From an uncultured Planctomycetales bacterium (lineage in GTDB: Bacteria > Omnitrophota > Gorgyraeia > Zapsychrales > Zapsychraceae): DNA of 64,000 nt. Shown piece after piece: positions 48,979-59,595 of the stretch (position 1 is the stretch's first letter; each line of letters starts with the position of its first letter). The stretch lies in NCBI GenBank assembly GCA_964364455.1, contig CAYIMR010000003.1:23-64022 (forward strand). Reading direction: 5' to 3'. The position numbers and the translations under genes were made by a program. The notes under the pieces are model-generated. The model did no database searches. It was not told the DNA's origin and saw only the letters and a list, made by a program, of their open reading frames with translations.

Positions 48979-49968
48979 ATGAAAAAGATACTTATTCTGG
49001 GCAGTTCCATCGCGGGAGTGAAGGCTATTGAAGAGATACGGCGCTTCGAACCCGACTGCGAAGCGACCATTTTGACCGACGGCGAATATCCGTATGACCG
49101 CGGCTTGTTCGCGCCGGTCCTCTCCAAAGAGGTCGATTACAAAAAAATATTTTACAAGCCCAACGATTATTACGAAAAAAACCGTATCAATGTCGTTGTG
49201 GGGCAAAAAATCGCCCGGATCAATCTTAAAAAATGCAAGGTCACGACCGATGACAAGCAGGCCTTCGAAGGCGATGTCCTTATTGTCACCGACGCGCCGG
49301 GATACAAACTGCCGGAGATCAGGGGTGTGAACAAAAACGGCGTTTATACACTCCAGCAATTGACCGATCTCAACCAGATCCTCGACTTTCTGCCTTTGAT
49401 CGACACGGTGCTGATCCAGTCGGATTCCAATCGCGGGGTGTCCATTGCCGCGGCATTCCTCAAAAGAGATAAAGAGGTCATCTGGGTGGTTTCAAGCGAC
49501 CAAATCGCGCAAGACTTGCTTAACGCGGACACAACCGGCAAGTTGGCGGCGGCCGCGCAGGAGAATATGTTGCGTGTCGTTGCCGCAAATCCGATCGCCG
49601 AAATTTTGGGTGAAGGGGACGTCAAGGCCATACGGCTTAAATCCGGCAAAGTGCTGGCAACGCAGATCATTATTTTTCCGGACGCTCCGGTCGATTTCAA
49701 GATCCTTACCGATCCGGCGGTCACCATCGATGGCAAGATCCGCGTCAACGAACAGTTCCAGACCGGGATCGAGGGCGTTTTCGCGCTGGACGCGGCGTGC
49801 CTGCCTGTCCCGCGGAGCGGGACCTACTCGGCCGGACAAGCAGGCGTGTCCGCGGACCTGGGGCAGGAAAGCGCTGGATTCTTACTGGTGACCGTATTAG
49901 AGCAGCAGGGGGCGGCCGTTGCCGCGGCGCTCAAGAATCCCAAAACAGCCGGCGCCGTAAACTCTTAA
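48979..49968 (+). CDS. Pyridine-nucleotide-disulfide-oxidoreductase-like protein with degenerate dinucleotide-binding motifs
   Basis: MKKILILGSSIAGVKAIEEIRR... follows the fold pattern of the NAD(P)/FAD oxidoreductase family. However, the first motif reads GSSIAG and the second is not recognisable. Confidence 0.5.
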   Translation: MKKILILGSSIAGVKAIEEIRRFEPDCEATILTDGEYPYDRGLFAPVLSKEVDYKKIFYKPNDYYEKNRINVVVGQKIARINLKKCKVTTDDKQAFEGDVLIVTDAPGYKLPEIRGVNKNGVYTLQQLTDLNQILDFLPLIDTVLIQSDSNRGVSIAAAFLKRDKEVIWVVSSDQIAQDLLNADTTGKLAAAAQENMLRVVAANPIAEILGEGDVKAIRLKSGKVLATQIIIFPDAPVDFKILTDPAVTIDGKIRVNEQFQTGIEGVFALDAACLPVPRSGTYSAGQAGVSADLGQESAGFLLVTVLEQQGAAVAAALKNPKTAGAVNS

Positions 49969-49976
49969 ACTTTTCC

Positions 49977-50005
49977 TTGCCAAAGCTTTATTTATATATT
50001 ATGCT
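49977..50005 (+). promoter_or_regulatory. Sigma70-like promoter at the head of a ~240-nt leader upstream of polA
   Basis: TTGCCA (49977-49982), a 17-nt spacer, then TATGCT (50000-50005). Confidence 0.4.
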
Positions 50006-50251
50006 TAGCATGTTGTTAAAGGTAGTGTTTCGCCGAGAAAAGAGTTCTTCACTACATCTTCCTTAAATATACCTTTCAGTTAAGTGATTCCGCGCAAATT
50101 ATACAGCCGTAACGTATCGCATGAAAGGGTATAAACAGTTAAAAGCGTTTGAAGAAGTCAATGCGTTTGGTCAAGAGAGTAGCGTCTGCATTAACTACTA
50201 ACGGCAAGCCGGCTTTGAATTCCAAATAATAAACATAATCAATTGAAACCG

Positions 50252-52801
50252 ATGGCGGCAAAGCTATTTTTGATCGATGCCCACGCGTTGTGTTACCGCT
50301 CATTCTACGCCATCAAGGACCTGTCGACGCGCAAAGGCCAGCAGACAAACGCGATCTATGGTTTCGTGAACACCCTGCGCAAGATCTTGCGCGATCATCA
50401 TCCGGAATACATGGCCGTTTGTTTCGATTCTCCGGGCAAGACTCACCGCCAGGAGAAGTTCAACGCCTACAAGATCCAGCGGCCGGCCATGCCGCGGGAC
50501 ATGATCGACCAGATGCCCATCATCAAGGAAGTGGTGGCGGCGTACAATCTGGCGCTCTTTGAATCACCCGGTTTTGAGGCGGATGACATCATCGCCACGA
50601 TCGCCCGCGTCGCGAAAAACAAAGATATCGAAGTTGTCATTGTCAGCGATGACAAGGACATGTACCAATTAGCCGGCGAGCGGATGTCCTTTTTTAGCGC
50701 GCGCAAGGACGCCATCTGGGAATACAAGGCGCTCAAGGAACATTTGGGCTTCGACCCGCACCGGATCACGGATTTTATCGCTTTGGCCGGAGACAATTCG
50801 GATAATATTCCCGGGGTCAAAGGAATAGGCGAAGTAACCGCGCGGCAACTGATCAATAATTTTGATAGTCTCGATGACATTTTCCGGCACTTGGACAAGA
50901 TCAAGTCGGCCAAGGTGCGCGAGAAGCTGGAACAGAACAAGGAACAAGCCGTTTTAAGCAAGGAGCTGGCTGTTTTGGAAACCGAAGTACCGCTTGATCT
51001 GCAATTGGAACGTTTGAAGGTCAGGGAACCGCAGCAAAACCGCCTGCTCGAGCTGTTCCAGGGACTGGAATTCCACCGATTCGTCAAGGAACTTAGCCAA
51101 GCCGGCCAGGCTTTCGTCCTGACGGACGAAGAAATACACTCCGATATTCAACCGCTGGCGAATAAAGGAACGATTCGGGAGTGGATCAAAAAGATCAAAG
51201 CGGCCGGACGTTTCGCCGTCTTGGCCGATAGCGCGGCGCAGAGATTGATCCTTTCCACGGGCGCGCAGGAACATTGCGCGGTCGCGCTCGATCAGGTGGC
51301 GGATTGGAAAGAGATCTTCCAGGACAAGGGAATCGAAAAGGTCACGTACGATCTGAAGGAAACCGTCAAACTGCTCAAGGCGCAAGACGTGTCACTAGAA
51401 GGAAAACTTTTTGATGTGTTTCTGGCCGGGTATCTGGCCGGCAATCCGCAAAGCTCATTGAATTTTATGGAACAGCCGCTCGCGCGGCGCGCGGCGCTGT
51501 TGTGGGAAATGTATCCTGCCCTGGCCGAGGAAATAAAGGAAAAATTTCTGGAGAAGTTGCTCAATGAGATCGAAATTCCGCTGGCCTTCGTTCTGGCGGA
51601 CATGGAAACCTGCGGCGTGAGGATAGATATGGAGCTGCTGGCGGGGCTTTCCAAAGAATGTGAACGCAAAATCGGAAATTTGACGGAACAGATATTCCGG
51701 CTCTCCGGCAAGGAATTCAATCTTAATTCCCCGAAGCAATTAAGCCAGGTGCTCTTTGAAGATTTGAAACTGCCCACGATCAAGAAAACCAAAACGGGGT
51801 TCTCGACCGATGAAGGGGTTTTGACCATCCTCGCGCCAAAACACGAGGTCCCGGCGCTCATTTTAGAATACCGGCAGCTGGCGAAATTAAAATCAACCTA
51901 TATCGACGCGCTGCCCGCGCTGGTCAACCCGAAAACGGGGCGCGTTCACGCGCTATTTCATCAGACCGGAACGGAAACGGGGCGGTTGAGCTCAAGTCAG
52001 CCTAATTTACAAAATATTCCGATCCGTACCGAATTGGGCCGCGAGATCCGCAAAGCATTTATTCCTTTGAAGTCCGGTCACGTGATCGTGGCCGCGGATT
52101 ATTCGCAAGTGGAGTTACGCATCCTGGGGCATCTGACGCAGGATCCGGGATTATTGAAGGCGTTCCAGGAAAATCAGGATATTCACGCATATACCGCGTC
52201 GCTGATCTTCGAGGTCCCGGAAAAAGACGTGACGCCGCAGATGCGCGACACGGCCAAACGGGTCAACTTCGGCATCATTTACGGGATGAGCGCGTTCGGT
52301 CTGGCCAAGGACTTGGGGATCTCCCAGGCTGACGCCCAGGAGTTCATTGACAAATATTTTTCGCGCTATCCAAAAGTGAAGGATTTTATGGACAACGCCA
52401 TCCTCCAATGCCAGGAGAAGGGATTCGTAACGACATTGCTGAACCGCCGGCGCTATATTCCGGAGATCAACAGTCCAAACGAATCCATGAAACAATTCGC
52501 CCAGCGCCAGGCGATCAACACGCCGGTGCAGGGTTCCGCGGCGGATCTGATGAAATTGGCGATGATCGACATTCACCGTGAGCTCAAAGAACGCAAGTTG
52601 GCATCACAAATTTTAATTACTGTCCACGACGAATTGGTTTTAGACGTGCCAAGTAAAGAAAAGGACGAAATTGTGGAATTGCTGCGAAAATGGATGGAGC
52701 ATCCATTTGTGTTGCCGGAGGCAACGCAAATGGAGTTGTCCGTGCCCATTAAAGTGAGTATCAAAACGGGCGCGAACTGGCTGGAGACGAAAGAACTCTG
52801 A
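50252..52801 (+). CDS. polA: DNA polymerase I. The 5' nuclease and polymerase domains are intact. The central 3'-5' exonuclease-like domain appears to lack the DxE motif.
   Basis: LFLIDAHALCYRSFYA...GDNSDNIPGVKGIGEVTA... and ...VAADYSQVELRILGHL...RDTAKRVNFGIIYGMS...QGSAADLMK...VHDELV. Confidence 0.93.
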   Translation: MAAKLFLIDAHALCYRSFYAIKDLSTRKGQQTNAIYGFVNTLRKILRDHHPEYMAVCFDSPGKTHRQEKFNAYKIQRPAMPRDMIDQMPIIKEVVAAYNLALFESPGFEADDIIATIARVAKNKDIEVVIVSDDKDMYQLAGERMSFFSARKDAIWEYKALKEHLGFDPHRITDFIALAGDNSDNIPGVKGIGEVTARQLINNFDSLDDIFRHLDKIKSAKVREKLEQNKEQAVLSKELAVLETEVPLDLQLERLKVREPQQNRLLELFQGLEFHRFVKELSQAGQAFVLTDEEIHSDIQPLANKGTIREWIKKIKAAGRFAVLADSAAQRLILSTGAQEHCAVALDQVADWKEIFQDKGIEKVTYDLKETVKLLKAQDVSLEGKLFDVFLAGYLAGNPQSSLNFMEQPLARRAALLWEMYPALAEEIKEKFLEKLLNEIEIPLAFVLADMETCGVRIDMELLAGLSKECERKIGNLTEQIFRLSGKEFNLNSPKQLSQVLFEDLKLPTIKKTKTGFSTDEGVLTILAPKHEVPALILEYRQLAKLKSTYIDALPALVNPKTGRVHALFHQTGTETGRLSSSQPNLQNIPIRTELGREIRKAFIPLKSGHVIVAADYSQVELRILGHLTQDPGLLKAFQENQDIHAYTASLIFEVPEKDVTPQMRDTAKRVNFGIIYGMSAFGLAKDLGISQADAQEFIDKYFSRYPKVKDFMDNAILQCQEKGFVTTLLNRRRYIPEINSPNESMKQFAQRQAINTPVQGSAADLMKLAMIDIHRELKERKLASQILITVHDELVLDVPSKEKDEIVELLRKWMEHPFVLPEATQMELSVPIKVSIKTGANWLETKEL

Positions 52802-52802
52802 T

Positions 52803-54212
52803 ATGCATATAACGTTTTGCGCCGTGGAGGCGGTCCCTTTTGCCCAGACGGGCGGGTTAGGTGATGTGTGCGGTTCATTACCACTGGCATTGGCCCAACG
52901 GGATGTTTCGGTCACGATCCTTTTGCCGCGTTATAAATTTATCGACGCGAAAAAATTCGGCATTACACCAGTCGATAAGAGCTTTTCCCGCAGGGTCGTT
53001 TCGCCAAAACTGGACGTCTATTTCATCGAACACGATTATTACGGGAAGCGCGACGGCATTTACGGGGACGATGGCGGCGATTATCCGGACAATCTGGAGC
53101 GGTTCCAGTACTTTTGTTCAAGGGCCTTAAAGGCCATTGAACAGCTCAAGAAGAAAACGGACATCATCCATTGTCACGACTGGCATACGGCGCTTATACC
53201 AATCTATCTTAAAGAGCATTATAAGAACAGTCCTTTGGCAAAGGCCAAAACGATCTTGACGATCCATAACATGGCGCACCAGGGCATGTTCCCGCGGGAT
53301 CGTTACCCGAAGCTGAACTTGCCGGCAACCTACAATTCGCCGCAATATCTGGAGTATTACGGCAAGATTAACTTTTTAAAAGGCGGGATCGTTACGAGCG
53401 ACAAGGTGACCACGGTCAGCAAGCAATACGCGAAAGAGATCCTTACCAAAGAGTTTGGATGCGGGCTTGAGGGTGTGTTGAAGTCGCGGCGGAACCCGGC
53501 CGTGGGGATCATCAACGGGATCCATCATGATATCTGGAATCCGGCGACCGACGTGAAGATCGCGAAGACCTACACGAAAGACGAAGTGACCCACGGAAAA
53601 ACGGCTAATAAGGCGAAATTGCAGCAATTGGTCAAACTGCCGCAACGCGACGATGTGCCGTTATTTGCTTTCGTCAGCCGCCTGGTCCACCAGAAAGGCG
53701 TTGATCTGATCCTTGAAGTGATGGAACAGTTCTTAGGGATGGACGTTCAGGTCGTGATGCTCGGGGCCGGTGAGAAACGCTATGAAAAACAGGTCAAGGC
53801 GTACACGGACAAATATCCGCAGAAGATCTGGGCGAATTTTGAATTTGACGATCCTTTGGCGCACCAGGTTTACGCCGGCGCAGACTGGTTCCTGATGCCC
53901 TCGCGCTTCGAACCTTGCGGGTTAAGCCAGATGATCAGTATGGCCTACGGCACGATCCCCATCGCCTTTAAGACCGGTGGGCTCGTGGACACGGTCGAGC
54001 CGTTTAACGCCAAGCTTTTGAAAGGCAACGGAATTTTGTTCAACCATTTCACAAAAAAAGATTTTCTTCAGGCACTCCGTCAGGCGATGGAAATCTATCC
54101 GGATGAAAAGAAATTCCATGCCCTGCGGCAGAACGCTTTAGCAACGGATTTTTCATGGGAGCACGCGGCCGAGGAATACATCAAGGTATACCAATGCTTG
54201 TTGTCGGCTTGA
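52803..54212 (+). CDS. glgA: Glycogen (starch) synthase
   Basis: MHITFCAVEAVPFAQTGGLGDVCGSLPLAL...IHCHDWHTALIP...PSRFEPCGLSQMISMAYGTIPI. Confidence 0.92.
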   Translation: MHITFCAVEAVPFAQTGGLGDVCGSLPLALAQRDVSVTILLPRYKFIDAKKFGITPVDKSFSRRVVSPKLDVYFIEHDYYGKRDGIYGDDGGDYPDNLERFQYFCSRALKAIEQLKKKTDIIHCHDWHTALIPIYLKEHYKNSPLAKAKTILTIHNMAHQGMFPRDRYPKLNLPATYNSPQYLEYYGKINFLKGGIVTSDKVTTVSKQYAKEILTKEFGCGLEGVLKSRRNPAVGIINGIHHDIWNPATDVKIAKTYTKDEVTHGKTANKAKLQQLVKLPQRDDVPLFAFVSRLVHQKGVDLILEVMEQFLGMDVQVVMLGAGEKRYEKQVKAYTDKYPQKIWANFEFDDPLAHQVYAGADWFLMPSRFEPCGLSQMISMAYGTIPIAFKTGGLVDTVEPFNAKLLKGNGILFNHFTKKDFLQALRQAMEIYPDEKKFHALRQNALATDFSWEHAAEEYIKVYQCLLSA

Positions 54213-54790
54213 CAGGGGGATTAGCGACAGGGAAATCAACGGTGGCCGCCGCCTTCGCCCGGCTGGGGGCGAAGGTCATTGATACCGACAAGATCGTCCA
54301 CAAAGAAATGCGCCGCGGCGGGCGATGCTACGCGGGCGTTGTCCGGGCCTTTGGGGCGCAGGTGGCCGGCAACAACGGCATTGACCGCAAGAAACTGGCG
54401 GCCATTGTTTTTAACGACAGGCGTAAATTAAAGCGCCTGGAGGGGATCGTTCATCCGAAAGTACGCTTAGGGGTCAACGAAGAACTTAAAAAGTATCGGG
54501 GTAAGGGGATCGCGGTCGTCGAGGTCCCGTTGCTGTTCGAGGCCGGTTTCGACCGTTACGTGGACACGACGATCGTGGTCACATCCCGGCGTAACGCGCA
54601 GATCGATCGGGCCGCGAAATCGTTAAAATTAACACGCACGGAGGCACTGCGGCGCATCAACGCGCAGATGCCGTTACGTGACAAAATCCGCCGCGCGGAT
54701 ATTATCATAGATAACAGCACAACCAAAACACAAACACACAAACAGGTAAAGGCAATATGGCAAAAACTGACACAAAGAGCAAAAAAGTAA
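54194..54790 (+). CDS. coaE: Dephospho-CoA kinase
   Basis: [32 protein letters not shown]...[10 protein letters not shown]. Confidence 0.9.
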   Translation: MLVVGLTGGLATGKSTVAAAFARLGAKVIDTDKIVHKEMRRGGRCYAGVVRAFGAQVAGNNGIDRKKLAAIVFNDRRKLKRLEGIVHPKVRLGVNEELKKYRGKGIAVVEVPLLFEAGFDRYVDTTIVVTSRRNAQIDRAAKSLKLTRTEALRRINAQMPLRDKIRRADIIIDNSTTKTQTHKQVKAIWQKLTQRAKK

Positions 54791-56184
54791 GTGAAAACGA
54801 ATCCGCCGAACGGGAAAGACCCGTTTCCGCGAAAGAAAAAATACATGTCAAAAAGGAAGTTTCGGAGCCCATCAGCCCCGTGACCCACGCCCAAGCGCAA
54901 TCACAGTCGCAACCCCAGGGGCAGGAAGACCAGTTGGACATCACCAAGCTCAAGAACATGAGCGTGGCCGAGTTGTCCAAATACGCCCGGGACATGGGGA
55001 TCAACGGCATCAGCGGCATCCGCAAGCAGGACCTTATTTTCAAAATCCTGCAAGGCAAGGCCGAGAAAGCCGGATTGATGTTCGGGGAGGGGACGCTGGA
55101 AATATTGCAGGAAGGGTTCGGATTTTTACGCAGCGTCAATTACAACTATCTTCCTTGCCCGGACGATATTTATATTTCCCCCTCGCAGATCCGCCGGTTC
55201 GATCTTAAGACCGGGGACACGGTCAGCGGGCATATCCGTCCGCCCAAAGAAGGCGAGAAATATTTCGCGCTTCTGAAAGTCGAGGCCGTCAACTACGAGA
55301 ACCCGGAAAAGTGCAAGGACAAGATCTTTTTCGACAACCTCACGCCGATCTACCCGCAGGACCGCCTGGTCCTGGAAACGAAATCCGATGAGGTCTCCAT
55401 GCGCTTGATGGACCTGATCACGCCCATCGGCAAAGGGCAGCGCGCGCTCATTGTCGCGCCGCCTTACAGCGGCAAAACGGTTTTATTGCAAAAGATCGCC
55501 AATTCGATCATGCACAATCATCCGGACATCGTCCTGATGGTGCTTCTGATCGATGAGCGCCCCGAAGAGGTCACCGACATGCAGCGCAGCGTGCACGGCG
55601 AGGTCGTCGCTTCCACCTTTGACGAACCACCCGAACGTCACGTGCAGATCGCGGAAATGGTCCTGGAAAAAGCGAAGCGCCTCGTGGAACACAAACGCGA
55701 TGTCGTCATTCTTCTCGACAGCATCACGCGCCTGGCCCGGGCGTACAACACGGTCGTTCCGCACAGCGGGAAGATCCTCTCCGGCGGTGTGGATTCCAAC
55801 GCTCTCCATAAACCAAAGCGGTTCTTCGGCGCGGCCCGCGCGGTCGAAGAGGGCGGAAGTCTTACTGTTATTGCAACAGCCCTCGTAGACACCGGAAGCC
55901 GCATGGATGAAGTCATATTCGAAGAGTTCAAGGGAACGGGTAACATGGAATTGCAGTTGGATCGCAACCTCTTCCAACGGCGTATCTACCCGGCCATGGA
56001 CATCCGGCGCTCCAACACGCGTCATGAGGAGAAACTCATCTCTTCCGACGACCTGCAGCGGGTTTGGCTGTTGCGCAAGGCCATTCACGACTTGAACGCC
56101 GCCGAGGCGATGGAATTATTAATCGGCCGGATCAGCAAATTCAAGTCTAATAAAGACTTTCTGGAAAACTTAAGCAAGTTATAA
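54757..56184 (+). CDS. rho: Transcription termination factor Rho with a ~60-aa low-complexity N-terminal extension
   Basis: ...[18 protein letters not shown]...GFGFLRS...RFDLKTGD...[21 protein letters not shown]...[13 protein letters not shown]... Confidence 0.95.
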   Translation: MAKTDTKSKKVSENESAERERPVSAKEKIHVKKEVSEPISPVTHAQAQSQSQPQGQEDQLDITKLKNMSVAELSKYARDMGINGISGIRKQDLIFKILQGKAEKAGLMFGEGTLEILQEGFGFLRSVNYNYLPCPDDIYISPSQIRRFDLKTGDTVSGHIRPPKEGEKYFALLKVEAVNYENPEKCKDKIFFDNLTPIYPQDRLVLETKSDEVSMRLMDLITPIGKGQRALIVAPPYSGKTVLLQKIANSIMHNHPDIVLMVLLIDERPEEVTDMQRSVHGEVVASTFDEPPERHVQIAEMVLEKAKRLVEHKRDVVILLDSITRLARAYNTVVPHSGKILSGGVDSNALHKPKRFFGAARAVEEGGSLTVIATALVDTGSRMDEVIFEEFKGTGNMELQLDRNLFQRRIYPAMDIRRSNTRHEEKLISSDDLQRVWLLRKAIHDLNAAEAMELLIGRISKFKSNKDFLENLSKL

Positions 56185-56204
56185 ATGAAAGGAGTAGTAA
56201 CGCA

Positions 56205-56417
56205 ATGAAGTCCGAACTGCACCCTTCTTACGAAGTCACAACGATCACCTGCGCCTGCGGGAACGTCATTCACACGCGTTCCACGAAGAAAAACATCCGC
56301 GTGGAGATTTGTTCCAAATGTCATCCGTTCTTTACCGGGGACAAGAAGTTTCTTGACACCGCCGGACGTATCGAACGTTTTGCCAAACGGTATGGAGCCA
56401 AAGGGAAAAATAAATAA
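56205..56417 (+). CDS. rpmE: 50S ribosomal protein L31
   Basis: [20 protein letters not shown]...[11 protein letters not shown]. Confidence 0.93.
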   Translation: MKSELHPSYEVTTITCACGNVIHTRSTKKNIRVEICSKCHPFFTGDKKFLDTAGRIERFAKRYGAKGKNK

Positions 56418-56419
56418 AC

Positions 56420-57481
56420 ATGAAGCTGGAAAAACTCGCAAAGATCGAAGAGCGTTACGGTGAATTGGAAAAGCTTCTGGTCGACGCGCAGGGCATCAAC
56501 GATAAAGGTCAGTACCAGAAATTAGCCAAAGAATACGCTGACGCCACACTGATCATCAATACGCTCAAGGCTTACAAGGACTGTCTCCGTCAGACGGAAG
56601 AGTTAAGGAAACTCCTCCAGGAAAAACACGACGCGGAGTTCGAGTCTCTGGCCAAAACCGAGTTGCAGGAACTCGACGCGCGTGGGCAGGCGCTGGCCAA
56701 TGAGCTCAATGAACTGATGAACCCTGCCAGCGCGGAGGATGACCGTAACCTCATTATGGAAATACGCGCGGGAACAGGCGGGGAGGAAGCGAGCCTTTTT
56801 GCAGGGGATCTCTTTCGCATGTACACCAAATACGCCGAGACCAGGGGCTGGAAGGTGGAGTTGATGAGTGAAGCGCCTTCAGAGACCGGGGGTTTTAAAG
56901 AAGTCATCTTCAGCATTAGCGGCAAAAAAGCGGCCAGGTTCCTCAAGTGGGAAAGCGGGGCGCACCGTGTCCAGCGCGTTCCCACGACCGAGGCCTCGGG
57001 ACGCATCCACACCTCAGCGGCAACGGTCGCGGTCTTGTTCGAACCGCAGGAAGTGGAGATCAACATCGAACCCAAGGACCTGAAGATCGACGTGTACCGG
57101 TCCTCCGGCCCCGGCGGGCAAAGCGTCAACACGACGGACTCCGCGATCCGCATCACGCATTTGCCCACAGGCCTGGTCGTTACCTGTCAGGACGAACGAT
57201 CGCAATTGAAAAACCGCATTAAAGCCATGCGTGTCTTGCGCGCGCGGCTGTTAGATAAAATGAAGCAGGACGAATTCAACAAAACTTCCCGAGACCGTAA
57301 GCAAAAGATTGGTTCCGGCGACCGCAGTGAAAAGATCCGCACGTATAACTTTCCTGACCGGCGCATCACCGACCACCGCATCGGTTTTACGACCTACAAA
57401 CTGGCCAATGTCATGAACGGCGAATTGGCTGAGCTCATGGAAGCCTTGAGCAAGGCCGAGAACGAGGGGGTTCTGGTATGA
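56420..57481 (+). CDS. prfA: Peptide chain release factor 1
   Basis: ...RAGTGGEEASLFAGDLFRMY...RVQRVPTTEASGRIHTSAATVAV...RSSGPGGQSVNTTDSAIRITHLPTG (PxT-type region and GGQ). Confidence 0.95.
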   Translation: MKLEKLAKIEERYGELEKLLVDAQGINDKGQYQKLAKEYADATLIINTLKAYKDCLRQTEELRKLLQEKHDAEFESLAKTELQELDARGQALANELNELMNPASAEDDRNLIMEIRAGTGGEEASLFAGDLFRMYTKYAETRGWKVELMSEAPSETGGFKEVIFSISGKKAARFLKWESGAHRVQRVPTTEASGRIHTSAATVAVLFEPQEVEINIEPKDLKIDVYRSSGPGGQSVNTTDSAIRITHLPTGLVVTCQDERSQLKNRIKAMRVLRARLLDKMKQDEFNKTSRDRKQKIGSGDRSEKIRTYNFPDRRITDHRIGFTTYKLANVMNGELAELMEALSKAENEGVLV

Positions 57482-58287
57482 ACGAGGACGAACTACTGCT
57501 GACGGCGGTCCGCAAATGCCGGCGCGTCGATCTCTACGCTGCCCCGCGGCCGCTGACGCATGAGGAACAGCAAACTTACGATGCGATGCGCGCGCGTTAC
57601 CAGAACGGTGAACCGCTGCAATACGTCCTGGGCGAATGCGACTTTTTAGGCAACACCCTTGCCGTCAATCCTTCCGTCTTGATCCCCCGTCCGGAAACGG
57701 AAATTCTGGTTGATACGATCGTTCAAAAGTTAAGAGCAAACAAATTTTCAAAACCCTGTCGTATCCTGGATCTCGGGACGGGTTCGGGCAATATCGCGAT
57801 CGCCCTGGCCAAGGCGATCGAGCCGTGTTTGGTTACGGCGCTGGATATTTCAGAAGACGCCATTGCCGTGGCCGGGCGTAACGCCGAAGCAAATGACGTC
57901 GCGCAAAGGATCGAATTCTTACGCGAAGATATGCGCGCGAGCCTTGTTGCCAACCGCGCGTGGATAAAAAATTTTGATTGTATTGTCTCGAATCCGCCGT
58001 ATATTAAGACATCAGCCCTTGCACGCCTGCCGGCGGATGTCCGGCAGGAACCGCGCCTGGCCTTAGATGGCGGATCCGACGGATTACGCTTCTATGCGAC
58101 CATCATCCGGCGCGCTTACCAATATTTGAAGCCGGAGGGTTACTTATTTTTTGAGATCGGCGATGACCAGGCCGCGGCCGTCAAGGCGTTTTTGACGCAA
58201 AATCCATTTTACCGGAACATTTGTTTTTATCCGGACCATACCCAAACCGACCGGGTCGTTTGTGCTCAAACGACCCGGGTCGTTTGA
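57478..58287 (+). CDS. prmC: Release factor glutamine N5-methyltransferase (PrmC/HemK)
   Basis: GEPLQYVLGECDFLGNTLAVNPSVLIPRPETE...ILDLGTGSGNIAIALA...IVSNPPYI. Confidence 0.92.
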   Translation: MNEDELLLTAVRKCRRVDLYAAPRPLTHEEQQTYDAMRARYQNGEPLQYVLGECDFLGNTLAVNPSVLIPRPETEILVDTIVQKLRANKFSKPCRILDLGTGSGNIAIALAKAIEPCLVTALDISEDAIAVAGRNAEANDVAQRIEFLREDMRASLVANRAWIKNFDCIVSNPPYIKTSALARLPADVRQEPRLALDGGSDGLRFYATIIRRAYQYLKPEGYLFFEIGDDQAAAVKAFLTQNPFYRNICFYPDHTQTDRVVCAQTTRVV

Positions 58288-58294
58288 GCACAAA
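58259..58294. repeat. Perfect 36-bp palindrome spanning the prmC stop codon
   Basis: TTTGTGCTCAAACGACCC|GGGTCGTTTGAGCACAAA (58259-58294). The prmC TGA is at 58285-58287. The upstream partial direct copy GACCGGGTCGTTT is at 58248-58260. Confidence 0.9.
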
Positions 58295-58307
58295 AGGACG
58301 AACACAC

Positions 58308-59570
58308 ATGGAAAAATTAGTGATCGAAGGCGGAAAACCCCTTCACGGCGAAGTCGAAATTTCAGGTTCCAAGAACGCGGTTTTGCCGATCATGGCGGCG
58401 ACATTACTGACGGACGCGCCCTGCACCATCCGGCGCGTGCCTAAATTGCGTGACGTCATGACGATGATCAGACTTTTACGGTCATTGGGTAAGAAGGTGG
58501 AAATGACCGGCAGTACCGTCGTCGTTGAGTCCAAAGGGCCGCTTCATCACATCGCGGACTATAAACTGGTCTCCACGATGCGCGGGTCGTTTTGCGTTCT
58601 AGGCCCGCTTCTGGCCAAGCTCGGTAAAGCGGAAGTGTCATTGCCCGGTGGCTGTATCATCGGCGTGCGTCCGGTCGATCTTCACTTGAAAGGTTTGGGC
58701 GCGCTGGGAGCGAAATTCGAGATCGAGAACGGTTACGTGGTCAGCACCGCCAAGCGCTTGAAAGGAACTTCCGTGTATTTGGGGGGCATATTCGGTTCGT
58801 CTGTTTTGGCGACCGCCAACGTCCTGATGGCCGCGACCCTCGCCCAAGGGACAACGATCATCGAATCCGCGGCCTGCGAGCCGGAGATCGAGAACCTTTG
58901 TCATTTCTTAAAAGCGATGGGCGCGAAGATCGAAGGGACCGGGAGCTATCGTTTGATCGTCACCGGCGTTAAAAAATTAAAAGGCGTTTCCTTTGACGTG
59001 ATCCCCGACCGCATTGAGGCCGGCACGTACATTTTATTGGCGGCCGCCACGCGCGGTGACATCCTCGTCAAAGGCGCCGATTACGCGCACTTATGGGCGC
59101 TTATGGACAAACTCAAACAAGCCGGGGTCGATGTTACCCGGGAAAAAAACGCGATCCGGGTCAAAGCAAAAAAGACACTGCAGCCGGTGGGGATCACGAC
59201 TCATCCGTATCCGGGATTCCCGACGGACTTGCAGGCCCAATTTATGGCGTTAATGGCCGTCACACCGGGAGTGAGTGTTATTACCGAGCGGATTTATCCG
59301 GATCGTTTCATCCATGTCGCCGAGTTAAACCGTATGGGCGCCGATATCCAGCGAGAAGGGACCAGCGCGATCGTGCAGGGGGTTAAAGTGCTGCACGGCG
59401 CGCCGGTCATGGCCTCGGACTTGCGCGCGTCAGCGGGACTCGTCATTGCCGGATTGGCCGCCCAAGGCCGCACCGAGATCCAGCGCATGTACCATCTGGA
59501 GCGTGGTTACGAAAATCTTGATGAAAAATTGCTCGCGTTGGGAGCGCGGATTAGTCGGGAAAAAGAATAA
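58308..59570 (+). CDS. murA: UDP-N-acetylglucosamine 1-carboxyvinyltransferase
   Basis: MEKLVIEGGKPLHGEVEISGSKNAVLPIMAATLL...LPGGCIIGVRPVDLHLKGL...GFPTDLQAQFMAL. Confidence 0.95.
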   Translation: MEKLVIEGGKPLHGEVEISGSKNAVLPIMAATLLTDAPCTIRRVPKLRDVMTMIRLLRSLGKKVEMTGSTVVVESKGPLHHIADYKLVSTMRGSFCVLGPLLAKLGKAEVSLPGGCIIGVRPVDLHLKGLGALGAKFEIENGYVVSTAKRLKGTSVYLGGIFGSSVLATANVLMAATLAQGTTIIESAACEPEIENLCHFLKAMGAKIEGTGSYRLIVTGVKKLKGVSFDVIPDRIEAGTYILLAAATRGDILVKGADYAHLWALMDKLKQAGVDVTREKNAIRVKAKKTLQPVGITTHPYPGFPTDLQAQFMALMAVTPGVSVITERIYPDRFIHVAELNRMGADIQREGTSAIVQGVKVLHGAPVMASDLRASAGLVIAGLAAQGRTEIQRMYHLERGYENLDEKLLALGARISREKE

Positions 59571-59595
59571 TTTGCAGGGGCAATGAGAGATAACC

